The notes: a model not told the origin generated them from the sequence alone. 63,112 bases of DNA from a virus (IMGVR_UViG_3300043446_002177:1-63112); one strand, 5' to 3'; counted from the stretch's first letter, positions 18,401-27,947 are shown. Made by a program: numbers and translations.

Positions 18401-19240
18401 TTAGCGTTTTGCAATGGTCATACCCGTAAGTAAATTACCCCCTGGAAGATCTAGGGCATTTACACTAGTGCCATCTGCTTTCTTAATCTGTTTAGCTTTT
18501 TTGTTTTTATATATAGGTCCTACGCTTACAGCAGCAGCAGTTGTGGCTCCTGCTGTAGCAGTTTCTGATAATTCTAACGGTTTATCTGCAAAGTAATGCG
18601 GGTGTTTTTTATTAAAAAATCTCATAATAACACCTGCTACTGCATGTGCTTCGTTTTCTTCAGGACTGCCTGTGTCGCCGCTATGCGGTCCTATTCTGTG
18701 ATTTATAAATTGTTTAAAATGTGTTAATTCGTGTGCCAGTGTACGTAGGATATCCAATATGTGTCTGTTTGCTATTCCTACTTCAATAATCATAGTATCG
18801 TTAATAAAACGTCCAAATGTTGGTTGATCTGAGTCGTCTACTTGCTTACTTAATTTTATACGAGGTAATTTGTCAATTTTTAATACGTGCATAGCAATGG
18901 GCAAGAAATCACGGAATGCTTTCATAATATCATGTTCGCCTATATCTTCGTTAGCTTTCTTACGACCGGCTTTCATGTTAGCCATCCAATGTGCAAGTTG
19001 CCCCCGACGCCCACCTTGTTTAGCAATTTTACGTAGGCTGCTTACGCTACCCTTTGTTGGCACGTTGTAGCGTTTGCTGTCTCCCTTGTCTTGAGGGTTT
19101 CGACCATCGGCAAAGTTTTCGTTGTGTTTTTTGCGTCCAGCACAGTGCGCCTTCTGCGAAAACCCTTTAGGGTTATTGCAGTTGATCGAGCGTTTATATT
19201 TGTCACTCCATTCTTCTGATATTAATTCACGTAACAACAT
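18401..19240 (-). CDS. putative head-packaged protein with HExxH metallopeptidase-like domain
   Basis: MLLRELISEE leader; basic modules; RTLAHELTHFKQ ... EENEAHAVAG. Confidence 0.68.
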   Translation of the reverse strand: MLLRELISEEWSDKYKRSINCNNPKGFSQKAHCAGRKKHNENFADGRNPQDKGDSKRYNVPTKGSVSSLRKIAKQGGRRGQLAHWMANMKAGRKKANEDIGEHDIMKAFRDFLPIAMHVLKIDKLPRIKLSKQVDDSDQPTFGRFINDTMIIEVGIANRHILDILRTLAHELTHFKQFINHRIGPHSGDTGSPEENEAHAVAGVIMRFFNKKHPHYFADKPLELSETATAGATTAAAVSVGPIYKNKKAKQIKKADGTSVNALDLPGGNLLTGMTIAKR

Positions 19241-19440
19241 TATATAGGTTTCTCGCCAGTCAAGTAAGGTTTGCTAAACCATAATTTAAACCATTCTTCT
19301 GTTCCTGGTTTTATATTATGCTTCTTTTGCAATTCGCCTTTTTCGTTTCCTGTTATACTGATATTACTACCGCCGTATGGTTCTAATCCTCGAAATTCTC
19401 TAATGCCAGCTAACTTTCTAATTTGATCTAAATCATCCAT
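19240..19440 (-). CDS. small putative head protein
   Basis: IRKLAGIRE motif; IKPGTEEWFKLWF. Confidence 0.6.
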   Translation of the reverse strand: MDDLDQIRKLAGIREFRGLEPYGGSNISITGNEKGELQKKHNIKPGTEEWFKLWFSKPYLTGEKPI

Positions 19441-19873
19441 TCTTTAAACTGGCTTTTAGCATCCAGCCGTGTTTTTGATGTGCATCGATTCGCCCAGCAA
19501 TAAAATCACTAAACCCGTATTCTTGATTAGCTTCTGATGTTTGAAATACCATCTTAAGTAATCTAATCATTTTTTCGTTATCTTGAGCTAATTCAACTAA
19601 CATTGCATCTTGACTTAATATGTTAGTTTCGTCGTCAACTTGTGTAAGCATACTAAAACGGCTAAAGCTAGCAGGAACATAAGTGCCCATTGCACGAATC
19701 TTTTCAGCAAAGTCGTCTATGCTGCCGTAGACTTCTTCGTAGATTTTACCAAATAGATCGTGATACTCTAAAAAGTCTGGACCAACAATGTTCCAGTGAA
19801 AGTTGTGTGCTTTCAAATAAAAACTAAATGTACTGGCAAATGCCACCTTAGCTGCTTTATGTAGTTCTTCCAT
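19433..19873 (-). CDS. dps: Dps (mini-ferritin)
   Basis: KAHNFHWNIVG-x-x-F-x-x-x-H-x-x-F-x-x-x-Y, DDFAEKIR, HQKHGWML. Confidence 0.93.
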   Translation of the reverse strand: MEELHKAAKVAFASTFSFYLKAHNFHWNIVGPDFLEYHDLFGKIYEEVYGSIDDFAEKIRAMGTYVPASFSRFSMLTQVDDETNILSQDAMLVELAQDNEKMIRLLKMVFQTSEANQEYGFSDFIAGRIDAHQKHGWMLKASLKNG

Positions 19874-19874
19874 T

Positions 19875-20831
19875 TTATGCTAACCTAAATGCTTTTAAAT
19901 TTTTACGTGGGGTACCTTTGTTTACGTCTTTAGTAGTGTTTTGTTTTGTTATGATTCCAACACCTGCTGCTTCTTCATTTGTTGACATAGCTTCTGAACG
20001 TTTTATCAGAGCATCTAAATCTGCCAACATTTGTTTCCATTCCGGACTTTGAAATACTTGTAACGCTCTCTGCATAGTCTTTATGATATCAACTTCACCG
20101 TTTGGTGCTAACACCATTTGTTTTTTAACAGCTTCGACGTCAGGAGCACCCATGCCATTTTCAGCAGCCGCGGCATAAATTCCTTTGACATATTCTTTTG
20201 TTGGCATGGTTCCTAGATCATTTTGTTCACTGACTGGTTCTTTTGTTTTCTTTTTAGCAGCTTTAGCTTTTTCTTTTTCAGCATAAGGATTCAAATATTG
20301 TGCTACTAGATCAAAGAATGCAATGTTACCAATAGGAGTATCTGCATCAACTCCAGCAGCATCACTAAATGCATCTCTGTCTCCTGCTTGAACTGCTGCA
20401 CGTAATGCTGTTGCTGAACTTAATCGAGGGGTAGGCTGTGTATTAATGTTTTTAAAATTATAAAGACCGTGCGGCCCTTCTACGCCATTATATTGATTAA
20501 GAGCTTTTGACACCCATTCTTCGTCAGTATAAACATTTAGTACAACATCGCCATATTTTTTATAAATTTTGCTAGCCATAGTAAGCCAACTTTGCTCTGG
20601 CATAATATGTCCGCGAATCTCCGGATAGATAGCTTCCATGGCTTGTATCTTGACATCGTACGGCAATGGATCTTTTGGACCCTGTGTTGATTGGTTAGTA
20701 CCTACAAACCAAGCGTCGTTTTCGCTGGCCATTTCCCATGCCGCACGATGTCCTTTATGTGGAGGATTAAATCTTCCAAATATAATTCCTACTGTTCTAG
20801 ACTTAGCTTCAAATAGTTCTCGAAGTAGCAT
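19875..20831 (-). CDS. cytidyltransferase-like (HxGH) nucleotidyltransferase with head-protein leader
   Basis: MLLRELFE leader, FGRFNPPHKGH, KDPL, SSATALR. Confidence 0.78.
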   Translation of the reverse strand: MLLRELFEAKSRTVGIIFGRFNPPHKGHRAAWEMASENDAWFVGTNQSTQGPKDPLPYDVKIQAMEAIYPEIRGHIMPEQSWLTMASKIYKKYGDVVLNVYTDEEWVSKALNQYNGVEGPHGLYNFKNINTQPTPRLSSATALRAAVQAGDRDAFSDAAGVDADTPIGNIAFFDLVAQYLNPYAEKEKAKAAKKKTKEPVSEQNDLGTMPTKEYVKGIYAAAAENGMGAPDVEAVKKQMVLAPNGEVDIIKTMQRALQVFQSPEWKQMLADLDALIKRSEAMSTNEEAAGVGIITKQNTTKDVNKGTPRKNLKAFRLA

Positions 20832-21192
20832 TTTCTTTCTCTTTTTTCTTTTCAGCCTGCTTATCTTTTTCGTCGTGATAATTTTGAAGCTCTTGATGTT
20901 GTAGCTTTTCGCAGATTTCTTGTATATCGTTTTCTTTTAATGTTTCATCTAATTCCTGTACAGGAAACTTAGATAGGTATTGTTTGTAGGCTTTTTCAAC
21001 AATGGGAACAAAAGCCTTAGGACTTACACTACGTCCACAATCACAGTGATGTTTAAATTTGTTTAAAAACGGAAAATAATCTTTACGATAAAACTCTGGA
21101 TCATTGTTCATAAAGAACATAAGATCATCATGTAGATCAAAATCTACTTCAGGTTTCTGCGGCGTATAACCAAATACTTCATAGACTTTCAT
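20809..21192 (-). CDS. hypothetical phage protein
   Basis: MKVYEVF leader; DDLMFFMNNDPEFYRK. Confidence 0.6.
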   Translation of the reverse strand: MKVYEVFGYTPQKPEVDFDLHDDLMFFMNNDPEFYRKDYFPFLNKFKHHCDCGRSVSPKAFVPIVEKAYKQYLSKFPVQELDETLKENDIQEICEKLQHQELQNYHDEKDKQAEKKKEKENATSRTI

Positions 21193-21193
21193 A

Positions 21194-21640
21194 TTACCAA
21201 GCCCTACATGACCAATAACGTGCTTTCCAACGTGGACCTGGATTAGCGCAGTGATGTCTTGCTCTAAAACTTTTACGGCGTTTAGGAATGTGTTTTTTAA
21301 TGCTTAATTTTTTATCACCAAAATTTACTTTAACAATATTGCCATTGGGTTTACGTACATAAACTTTAGATTTTTTAACATCCCCGGCCATGGGCTTACC
21401 TAGCGGTACTTTGCGACCTTGATATTCTGCTTCGTCTAATCTACAGCCATACGATTCTAATATTTCTAATGCGCCAGCATCTGCTGCTAATATAACGCTG
21501 TCTTCCCAACTTTCTATAACATAAGTTTCTAAGGCAGCGTCTTCAGCTAGTTCTAGCACAAATTCATCGCCGGATTCTATCTCGTCGTTAGTAGCGGCTA
21601 ATTCAGCTTCTTCGATATATTCTAAAAGTGTTTTAGTCAT
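21194..21640 (-). CDS. putative head protein with basic C-terminal module
   Basis: Acidic N-terminal half, then LDE|AEYQGRKVPLGKP...RRKSFRARHHC...ARYWSCRAW. Confidence 0.65.
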   Translation of the reverse strand: MTKTLLEYIEEAELAATNDEIESGDEFVLELAEDAALETYVIESWEDSVILAADAGALEILESYGCRLDEAEYQGRKVPLGKPMAGDVKKSKVYVRKPNGNIVKVNFGDKKLSIKKHIPKRRKSFRARHHCANPGPRWKARYWSCRAW

Positions 21641-21644
21641 AAAA

Positions 21645-21678
21645 AATCCCTCATACGATATTTATCGTAAAAGGGATC
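21645..21678 (-). promoter_or_regulatory. TAAATA late-promoter motif at the apex of an inverted repeat
   Basis: gatccc-ttt-tacgaTAAATAtcgta-tga-gggatttttt just before the ATG at 21640. Confidence 0.6.
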
Positions 21679-21698
21679 TTTGGTTATACCTTTTTAGC

Positions 21699-22340
21699 TT
21701 AGGCTTTTACTACAGATTCTACTAGATTTATACCCTCACCAAGGAACATTTTGACCATAGTAAGCGTTTTATCGTCTTTAACGTAGAAGTAATAACCACC
21801 CCAACTAGAGTTTTTGCTAAGGTATTTGGCAGCACTTTTAGTTAATCGTACCCGATCTTCTTTACCTGCACACCAGTTGACAAAATTACTATGGTTTTGT
21901 CTAGTTCGACCCATAGTAATTTTATAAGCATAGTCTAAACTTTTAACTAGAACTTTCTTGTCATCTAATAAATTTTCACTACCGGGCTCAGGAAGGCAGA
22001 CATATTTTACAAATTCGCTGTCAATCTTAGCTAATTTTTCTACATCTGCTTCATTATTAGTGTAAAGGTTAATATACGGACTCTCTACCCTAATAATAAA
22101 GTCGTGCATAGGGTTAATAGCAACGGATAGTTTAGTAGCATAATCAATATCTGTAGTTTTAAGTTTATTAACCCAAGCATAGGTAGAATTAGCAGCACCA
22201 GCTATATTTTTTTTAATAGCTGCCTTATCTCCGCCTCTAAACCAGCTGGCTGCTTTACTAAGCAGTACAATTTTATATTTGTACTTGCCGTTAAACAGCC
22301 TAATGGTCTGTTTAGTTTGAATCGACTTGTGCAGTTTCAT
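21699..22340 (-). CDS. hypothetical phage protein
   Basis: 213-aa ORF overlapping the clpA end. Confidence 0.6.
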   Translation of the reverse strand: MKLHKSIQTKQTIRLFNGKYKYKIVLLSKAASWFRGGDKAAIKKNIAGAANSTYAWVNKLKTTDIDYATKLSVAINPMHDFIIRVESPYINLYTNNEADVEKLAKIDSEFVKYVCLPEPGSENLLDDKKVLVKSLDYAYKITMGRTRQNHSNFVNWCAGKEDRVRLTKSAAKYLSKNSSWGGYYFYVKDDKTLTMVKMFLGEGINLVESVVKA

Positions 22341-24567
22341 CTACTACCTTTGGTGTTTTTGTCTTAATTTTAAAGGCAATTTTACCTTCGTTAACCAAAA
22401 TATGCAATATGCCGCCTGATTTTAGTTCTCCAAATAGTAATTCTCTAGATAAGGGACGTTTAATTTCTTTATCAATTACACGCTGTAACGGACGAGCACC
22501 CATCTTCTTATCGAACCCCCGGTCAACTAACCAGTCAATAGCTTCGTCTGAAACTTTGATTCTAATACCCTTTTCTCTGATCTGTTCTGTAAGCTCATGC
22601 ATAAACTTGCCTACAATTTTAATCATTGTTTCTTTGCTTAGTTTACCAAATGTAACAACAGCATCTAAACGGTTACGAAATTCTGGTGCAAAAAACTTTT
22701 TAAGTTCCTTATCAGTGTAATCTTTTTCTTGTGCGCCAAAACCGATAGTATTCTTTTCTGCTTCTTGTGCGCCAGCATTAGTAGTAATGATAAGAATCAA
22801 GTTGCGGCAGTCTGCAACTTTACCATTTGATCCAGTAATAAAACCATTGTCCATCATTTGCAACAGAATAGTTGAAACGTCCGGATGGCTTTTTTCAATT
22901 TCGTCTAACAGTAGTACACAGTTAGGGCTTTCTTGAATCTTAGTAATTAGCAATCCAGCATTTTCTTCAAATCCAACGTAGCCAGGGGGACTACCGATAA
23001 GTTTAGCAACTGAGTGTTTCTCTTGATATTCGCTCATGTCAAATCGAACCAATTTAACACCTAAGTGTTTGGCCAGTGCTTTAGCAGTTTCAGTCTTACC
23101 AGTACCAGTTGGGCCCATGAATACAAAGCTACCAACGGGCTTGTTTTCTGGTTTAAGGCCAGCTTGGCTTACTAGGATCTTATCTACAATTTCTGTAATA
23201 GCAGTTTCTTGACCGTAGACTTCTTTTTGTAAATTGCTTTCTAAGTTAACTAAGTTGGCACTTTCCTGTTCTGCAATTTGTTCTGCCGGCATATTGACCA
23301 TTTTGCTCAATTCAAATTGAATAGCTGATTCGTCTACAACACGCTCGTCTGCCAATTTAAGATTAAAACGTGAGCAAGCACAATCAATAAGGTCAATGGC
23401 CTTATCAGGTAACTTCTTATCTGTTTGATATTTTACTGACAGCTTGACCGCAGCCTGTATAGCATCATCCTTAATCTTAACATTATGGTGTTGCTCATAG
23501 TACTTCTTAATACCTTTAAGAATTTGAATGCTCATCTCTGCCGTAGGCTCGTCAATGGTAATGCGTTGGAAACGACGCATTAGAGCACGATCCTTTTCAA
23601 AGTGCTTACGATATTCTTCCCAGGTTGTGCTGGCAATGACTTTGATATTACCTTTGCTCAGTGCAGGTTTCATCATGTTGGCAAGGTCGTTGGCATTGTT
23701 ATTTGCTGATCCAGCACCACTGATCATGTGTGCTTCATCAATAAACAGGATAGTTTTGCCTTTCTTTTCTAGACCTTTAAGCACCATTTTAAAACGTTCT
23801 TCAAAATCTCCACGATACTTAGATCCTGCTAGCATTGAACTAATGTCTAAATTGAATACTGTATACTCTTTTAAGAAGTCTGGTACAGCACCTTTGACAA
23901 TATTAAATGCCAAACCTTCTGCAATAGCAGTTTTACCTACTCCAGGATCGCCAACAAGGATCACATTGCTCTTACTTCTGCGACCTAGGCTTAGTGCTAC
24001 ATTTTCTAATTCTTCAATACGACCAATCACAGGGTCAACCTTATTTTTCTTAACTGCTTCGTTAAGGTTAGTAGTAAATGCTCTCAATGCTCTTTCCGCC
24101 TGTCCTGGTGCTGAGTCTTCTTCGTTACCTTCTGGTACTTCTGAATTTAAATAGTCTGCAAATTTTTCTTTATCAATCTCTGCCTGCTGAATATAATAAT
24201 TGGCATAGCTACGTTTTTCAGCCATCATAGCCATAAACACATCTGTAGGTTCAATTTTTTGACGACCATTGAACAAAACTTGTGTAAAAGCACGATTAAG
24301 CACACGTTCTACTGCTTGAGTCTTACGCGGCTTGACATTTTCTTGTTCGGTAACAATTTCGTCTAGTTTATTTTTTAGATACAGTTCTAAATTCTTTTTA
24401 AGGAAGTTAGCATCTGCACCGTAGCCAGTTACGCATTTGTGAAATCCTTCTTCACAGAGCATACTGAATAATAAGTGCTCTAGTGTAAGATATTCGTGTT
24501 TTAATTTTCTTGCTACATCAATTGCTTTTTCAAAGACCTGTTGTAGGTCACTGCTAGGTTCTACCAT
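22312..24567 (-). CDS. clpA: ATP-dependent Clp protease ATPase subunit ClpA
   Basis: Clp-N domain, two AAA+ modules (GDPGVGKT, GPTGTGKT), LPDKAIDLID, IGF ClpP-docking loop, no middle domain. Confidence 0.93.
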   Translation of the reverse strand: MVEPSSDLQQVFEKAIDVARKLKHEYLTLEHLLFSMLCEEGFHKCVTGYGADANFLKKNLELYLKNKLDEIVTEQENVKPRKTQAVERVLNRAFTQVLFNGRQKIEPTDVFMAMMAEKRSYANYYIQQAEIDKEKFADYLNSEVPEGNEEDSAPGQAERALRAFTTNLNEAVKKNKVDPVIGRIEELENVALSLGRRSKSNVILVGDPGVGKTAIAEGLAFNIVKGAVPDFLKEYTVFNLDISSMLAGSKYRGDFEERFKMVLKGLEKKGKTILFIDEAHMISGAGSANNNANDLANMMKPALSKGNIKVIASTTWEEYRKHFEKDRALMRRFQRITIDEPTAEMSIQILKGIKKYYEQHHNVKIKDDAIQAAVKLSVKYQTDKKLPDKAIDLIDCACSRFNLKLADERVVDESAIQFELSKMVNMPAEQIAEQESANLVNLESNLQKEVYGQETAITEIVDKILVSQAGLKPENKPVGSFVFMGPTGTGKTETAKALAKHLGVKLVRFDMSEYQEKHSVAKLIGSPPGYVGFEENAGLLITKIQESPNCVLLLDEIEKSHPDVSTILLQMMDNGFITGSNGKVADCRNLILIITTNAGAQEAEKNTIGFGAQEKDYTDKELKKFFAPEFRNRLDAVVTFGKLSKETMIKIVGKFMHELTEQIREKGIRIKVSDEAIDWLVDRGFDKKMGARPLQRVIDKEIKRPLSRELLFGELKSGGILHILVNEGKIAFKIKTKTPKVVDETAQVDSN

Positions 24568-24578
24568 ATTGTTACCTT

Positions 24579-25427
24579 TTAACTTTTTTCTATTTTACTA
24601 TAAAGTGATTGTAATTCACTAATTAATTGAGCGTCTGTCACTGCCGGAATAACAACTTTTACACTGATAAAAAAATTACCCTGCTGTCCAGTGTTTAAAT
24701 CTTTAAACCCTTTTCCGCTAGCACAAAAATCTGTACCGTGTTCTGTTCCAGGGCGCACTGACAAGTTAAGTGTAGTTCCATCTAAACACTTTACCGTTTT
24801 CATGCAACCAGTCATAGCCTCTAGTGCAGAAATGTTCATGTATGTCCATAGGTCATTACCTCGACGCTCATATTCGGGATCGTGTTCTACTACAACTTGT
24901 ACATTTAAATTACCCCTTGGTAAGTTTGGAATTGAATCATCCCCTAAGTTGGGGTATCTAATAGTCTGTCCACTGCTAACGCCTGCTGGTATATCAACAG
25001 CTACAGTTTGACTTTTACCTGTTGGTGTATTGTATCTTGCTTCTAATTGTGTGCCAGTATAACTTTGTTTTAGTGTAATTGATACACGTATAGTTAAATC
25101 TCTATTGCGTCTTTGTTGATGATGTGGATGACCACCAAATCCAGCGAATCCTTGGCCAAAATGAAATTTAAAAATATCATTGATATCGTGGAAACCGCCG
25201 CCCATACCGGCAGTGCCGCCAAATGGATTAAATCCATTACGCTGTGCATCATATTCGGCACGTTTATTTGGATCGCCTAATGTGTCGTATGCTTGCGAAA
25301 TTTCCTGAAACTTTTTAGTATCACCACCACGATCCGGATGATTTTTCATAGCCAGTTTTCTATATGCCTTTTGAATTTCGTCGGCGCTGGCTCCTTCTGA
25401 TATTCCTAATGTTTGATAGTAATCCAT
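24579..25427 (-). CDS. class B J-domain chaperone (DnaJ/CbpA-like)
   Basis: DYYQTLG, HPD motif, G/F region, C-terminal domain, no Zn finger. Confidence 0.92.
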   Translation of the reverse strand: MDYYQTLGISEGASADEIQKAYRKLAMKNHPDRGGDTKKFQEISQAYDTLGDPNKRAEYDAQRNGFNPFGGTAGMGGGFHDINDIFKFHFGQGFAGFGGHPHHQQRRNRDLTIRVSITLKQSYTGTQLEARYNTPTGKSQTVAVDIPAGVSSGQTIRYPNLGDDSIPNLPRGNLNVQVVVEHDPEYERRGNDLWTYMNISALEAMTGCMKTVKCLDGTTLNLSVRPGTEHGTDFCASGKGFKDLNTGQQGNFFISVKVVIPAVTDAQLISELQSLYSKIEKS

Positions 25428-25433
25428 AGCTAC

Positions 25434-25475
25434 ATTATACAAAAAAAATAGGACTGTGTCAAGACAGTCCTATTA
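25434..25475 (-). promoter_or_regulatory. consensus sigma70 promoter overlapping an intrinsic terminator
   Basis: TTGACA (25457-25462)-N17-TATAAT (25434-25439); -35 at the loop of hairpin aataggactgt/acagtcctatt followed by a T-run. Confidence 0.82.
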
Positions 25476-25506
25476 TTTAATTAGAAAAATAAGTTCGAAA
25501 AACTTT

Positions 25507-25707
25507 TTATTTCTTTTCTGGAACTTTTTCACCTTCTACTTTTTTGTGGACTTTAATTTTTTTACATTCTTGTATTACGGTACCGTCTGCTTTTTTAACA
25601 ACATTGCCTTTGCTATCTTTTTTATCGTTGCAAACTTCTTTAGTCTCGCCACCGGCAAATGCTGTGCCAGCTACACATAGTGCTAAAAGTGCTAATATTT
25701 TTTTCAT
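25507..25707 (-). CDS. small secreted Lys-rich protein
   Basis: Signal peptide MKKILALLALCVAGTAFA; two Cys in the mature part. Confidence 0.65.
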   Translation of the reverse strand: MKKILALLALCVAGTAFAGGETKEVCNDKKDSKGNVVKKADGTVIQECKKIKVHKKVEGEKVPEKK

Positions 25708-25718
25708 TTTAATTTCCT

Positions 25719-25775
25719 TTATTGTTTAGGGTGCTTTCCGCCACAAATTGGGCAACCTTCGTTTTCGTTTGACAT
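25719..25775 (-). CDS. 18-aa CxxC peptide (MSNENEGCPICGGKHPKQ)
   Basis: TAAGGAG SD 8 nt upstream; fills the gap between two genes; below the ORF-track cutoff. Confidence 0.6.
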   Translation of the reverse strand: MSNENEGCPICGGKHPKQ

Positions 25776-25787
25776 AATAATATCTCC

Positions 25788-26321
25788 TTATAAAACAGGC
25801 TGTGGTTCGTCAGGTACTATTTTTTTACCTGTTGCAGTTGTTGCAACTGGGCCGCCAAATCCACCTCCGAACCCCGTTGGTGCTGGTTGAGGAGCCATGC
25901 TTCCAAAGCCGCCTCCGCCAAAGCTACTTGGTGTCGAGTTTGTTGCGGGTGGACCAAACGAGCTGGTGGAACCGAATCCTCCTGCCGCCGGTTGGCCAAA
26001 TGTTGCTGTATTACTTGATGGTAAGGGTTGTAAGCCGCCATTGTTGGCTCCTCCTAATTTTTCTTGTGTGCGTCCCCATGCTGCAAGTCCTAAAACTGCA
26101 CCCATAGCAATATGGAATAAACCGGCACCTTGTAGTGTTAGGGGATTCCACTGTGTTATAGGTGCATGGTTTAATGTCTGTAGTAAACTCCATAGAATAG
26201 GGAATATAACCATGTCCATAGTACAGACAACCATGTACATCCAACCCATCATTGGACGCCATTTACTGTTCATCCAATCTTCTTTTTTCTTTTCTGATTC
26301 ACTCTTAACTTCTTCGCTCAT
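25788..26321 (-). CDS. holin (GTA 3TM-holin-like)
   Basis: WRPMMGW motif, TM segments, LGLAAWGRTQEK; in the lysis cassette. Confidence 0.72.
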   Translation of the reverse strand: MSEEVKSESEKKKEDWMNSKWRPMMGWMYMVVCTMDMVIFPILWSLLQTLNHAPITQWNPLTLQGAGLFHIAMGAVLGLAAWGRTQEKLGGANNGGLQPLPSSNTATFGQPAAGGFGSTSSFGPPATNSTPSSFGGGGFGSMAPQPAPTGFGGGFGGPVATTATGKKIVPDEPQPVL

Positions 26322-26339
26322 TGTTCGCTCCTAATTATT

Positions 26340-26906
26340 TTAGAACCAGAGAAATAAGCCATTCATGCTTAATACTAGTCCAATCCCTGCTACTACAAAG
26401 CTAGACCAAAACATTGGCATACTAACAGCAAGGATACTTGCAGATAGAATAACAATAGCTAATTGATATGCTGTGCTGGCATAACCAATCCATGGACTGC
26501 CTTTTTTAGCTTCTTCTCGAGCAGCTTCCATTGCTCTAGCTTTTTCGGCAATTTCTTTTTTGTCAGCATCCATACGCTCTTTTTCAGCTGCAAACTTTTC
26601 TTTTAATTTAGGGTCGGCTGTAGTTAAACTTGCAATTTCATAACTAACGCCACGACCATTTTTAGCTTGATATTGTGCCCAGGCATTATTAGCACCGAGT
26701 GTATTGTTTAATACTGTGCTAGATAATTTGCCTGCATACCAACTGTTAACTGCTAAGAAAAGAGCAAATACACTAATGACCATACCTGCTTTGTCTTTAA
26801 TTTTTGCTTCTCGTTCGCTGCGACTGCCTACTGGCGGTTTTGGCGCATCCGGGTCTTTAGGTTGTTTTGTAAACATACCTAATACTGTATCTACTAATCC
26901 TGCCAT
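26340..26906 (-). CDS. membrane protein (DUF4337-like)
   Basis: TM - WAQYQAK coiled coil - two TM with YQLAIVILSASIL. Confidence 0.65.
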   Translation of the reverse strand: MAGLVDTVLGMFTKQPKDPDAPKPPVGSRSEREAKIKDKAGMVISVFALFLAVNSWYAGKLSSTVLNNTLGANNAWAQYQAKNGRGVSYEIASLTTADPKLKEKFAAEKERMDADKKEIAEKARAMEAAREEAKKGSPWIGYASTAYQLAIVILSASILAVSMPMFWSSFVVAGIGLVLSMNGLFLWF

Positions 26907-26930
26907 GTATCGCTCCTTAATATACTAGTT

Positions 26931-27218
26931 TTATTTATTGGATTTTTCGAGAATCTCTTTGTAGATAGCTTTTCGTTCTTCTGCTGCTCGAACTTCCAGC
27001 ATAAGCTCTTGTGCTACTTTTTGTGCTTTTTCTGCTGCGGCTAGTGCAGCTTGGTGTTCTTTTTCTGTAGCTTCTGCTGCTCTACGTTTTGCATCTGCTA
27101 ATTCTTTTTCTGCTTTTTCTAAATCAATGATAGCAGAATCTGCATATTTTTTTGCACCTAAAAATAATCGTTTAAGTCTTTTAGCAGCAGCTTCTTCTAA
27201 TTTTCTAAGAAAGCTCAT
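26931..27218 (-). CDS. Ala/Glu/Lys-rich coiled-coil protein
   Basis: Likely start MSFLRK at 27218. Confidence 0.55.
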   Translation of the reverse strand: MSFLRKLEEAAAKRLKRLFLGAKKYADSAIIDLEKAEKELADAKRRAAEATEKEHQAALAAAEKAQKVAQELMLEVRAAEERKAIYKEILEKSNK

Positions 27219-27219
27219 G

Positions 27220-27492
27220 TTATTTCCCGTCGTGTATTTTCTTTTGACCTTGATACCAAGTAACCCAGTCGTCCACTTTTGCTTTGCAATCATAGTATTG
27301 AGCGTAGTTATCACTCACGACACTTATAATGTCACTTAGTTTAGTAGTTTTTGGGTCTACTTGTTTTAGGTCAGGACATGCTTCTAGCAGTTCCTTTGGC
27401 ACATCTGGCCATATTTGTTTTACTGGTACGGGATCTTTGCTAAAAATACAACCAGATAATAACAATGGAACTAACAATACTAGGCATCTCAT
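27220..27492 (-). CDS. o-spanin (Rz1-like lipoprotein)
   Basis: Lipobox LLSGC, Pro-rich segment, two further Cys; follows the i-spanin. Confidence 0.8.
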   Translation of the reverse strand: MRCLVLLVPLLLSGCIFSKDPVPVKQIWPDVPKELLEACPDLKQVDPKTTKLSDIISVVSDNYAQYYDCKAKVDDWVTWYQGQKKIHDGK

Positions 27493-27944
27493 TTGGCTTT
27501 CTCCGGATTGTTAGCAGCCTTGTTTAGTAATTCTACAACTTTAGGATCGATCTCGCATTTAGCATCAATAATTTTTTCAACTTCTTTGATTTCGGTTTGT
27601 ATACGATCTCGGTATTCTACACGTACTTGTGCTTTCTTTTTTCTTTCTCTATCTAAATCTTCGTTAAATTGTTGTGCCATAGCAGCTTTTCGATCTGCTT
27701 CTTCTTGTGCTAATCTCACTTTTTCTTCCCACATGGCCTGTACGCCTGCTCCGCCGTACATGAATACACAAATTAATGTTGCAATGCCGCTAACAGGTTT
27801 TAGAAATTTAGCATAAATGCCAACGCCAGGAAAGTGGCTTAAAATACCACTTGCAAGAAATACAGCAAGTCCTGCACCTGCTCCAACTAACCATAACCAG
27901 GATGGAATGTGACTTAATACTAGGTCAATCATCCAGCTATACAT
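27489..27944 (-). CDS. i-spanin (Rz-like)
   Basis: N-terminal TMs, periplasmic coiled coil, C-terminal Cys; follows the endolysin. Confidence 0.75.
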   Translation of the reverse strand: MYSWMIDLVLSHIPSWLWLVGAGAGLAVFLASGILSHFPGVGIYAKFLKPVSGIATLICVFMYGGAGVQAMWEEKVRLAQEEADRKAAMAQQFNEDLDRERKKKAQVRVEYRDRIQTEIKEVEKIIDAKCEIDPKVVELLNKAANNPEKAK

Positions 27945-27947
27945 TTA

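Noticed and set aside
23528-24154. 208-aa plus-strand ORF, and the many other antisense ORFs in the track (e.g. 7770..8072, 25897..26334, 48702..49100)
   Set aside because: Shadow frames of well-supported minus-strand genes; no SD or recognisable motifs
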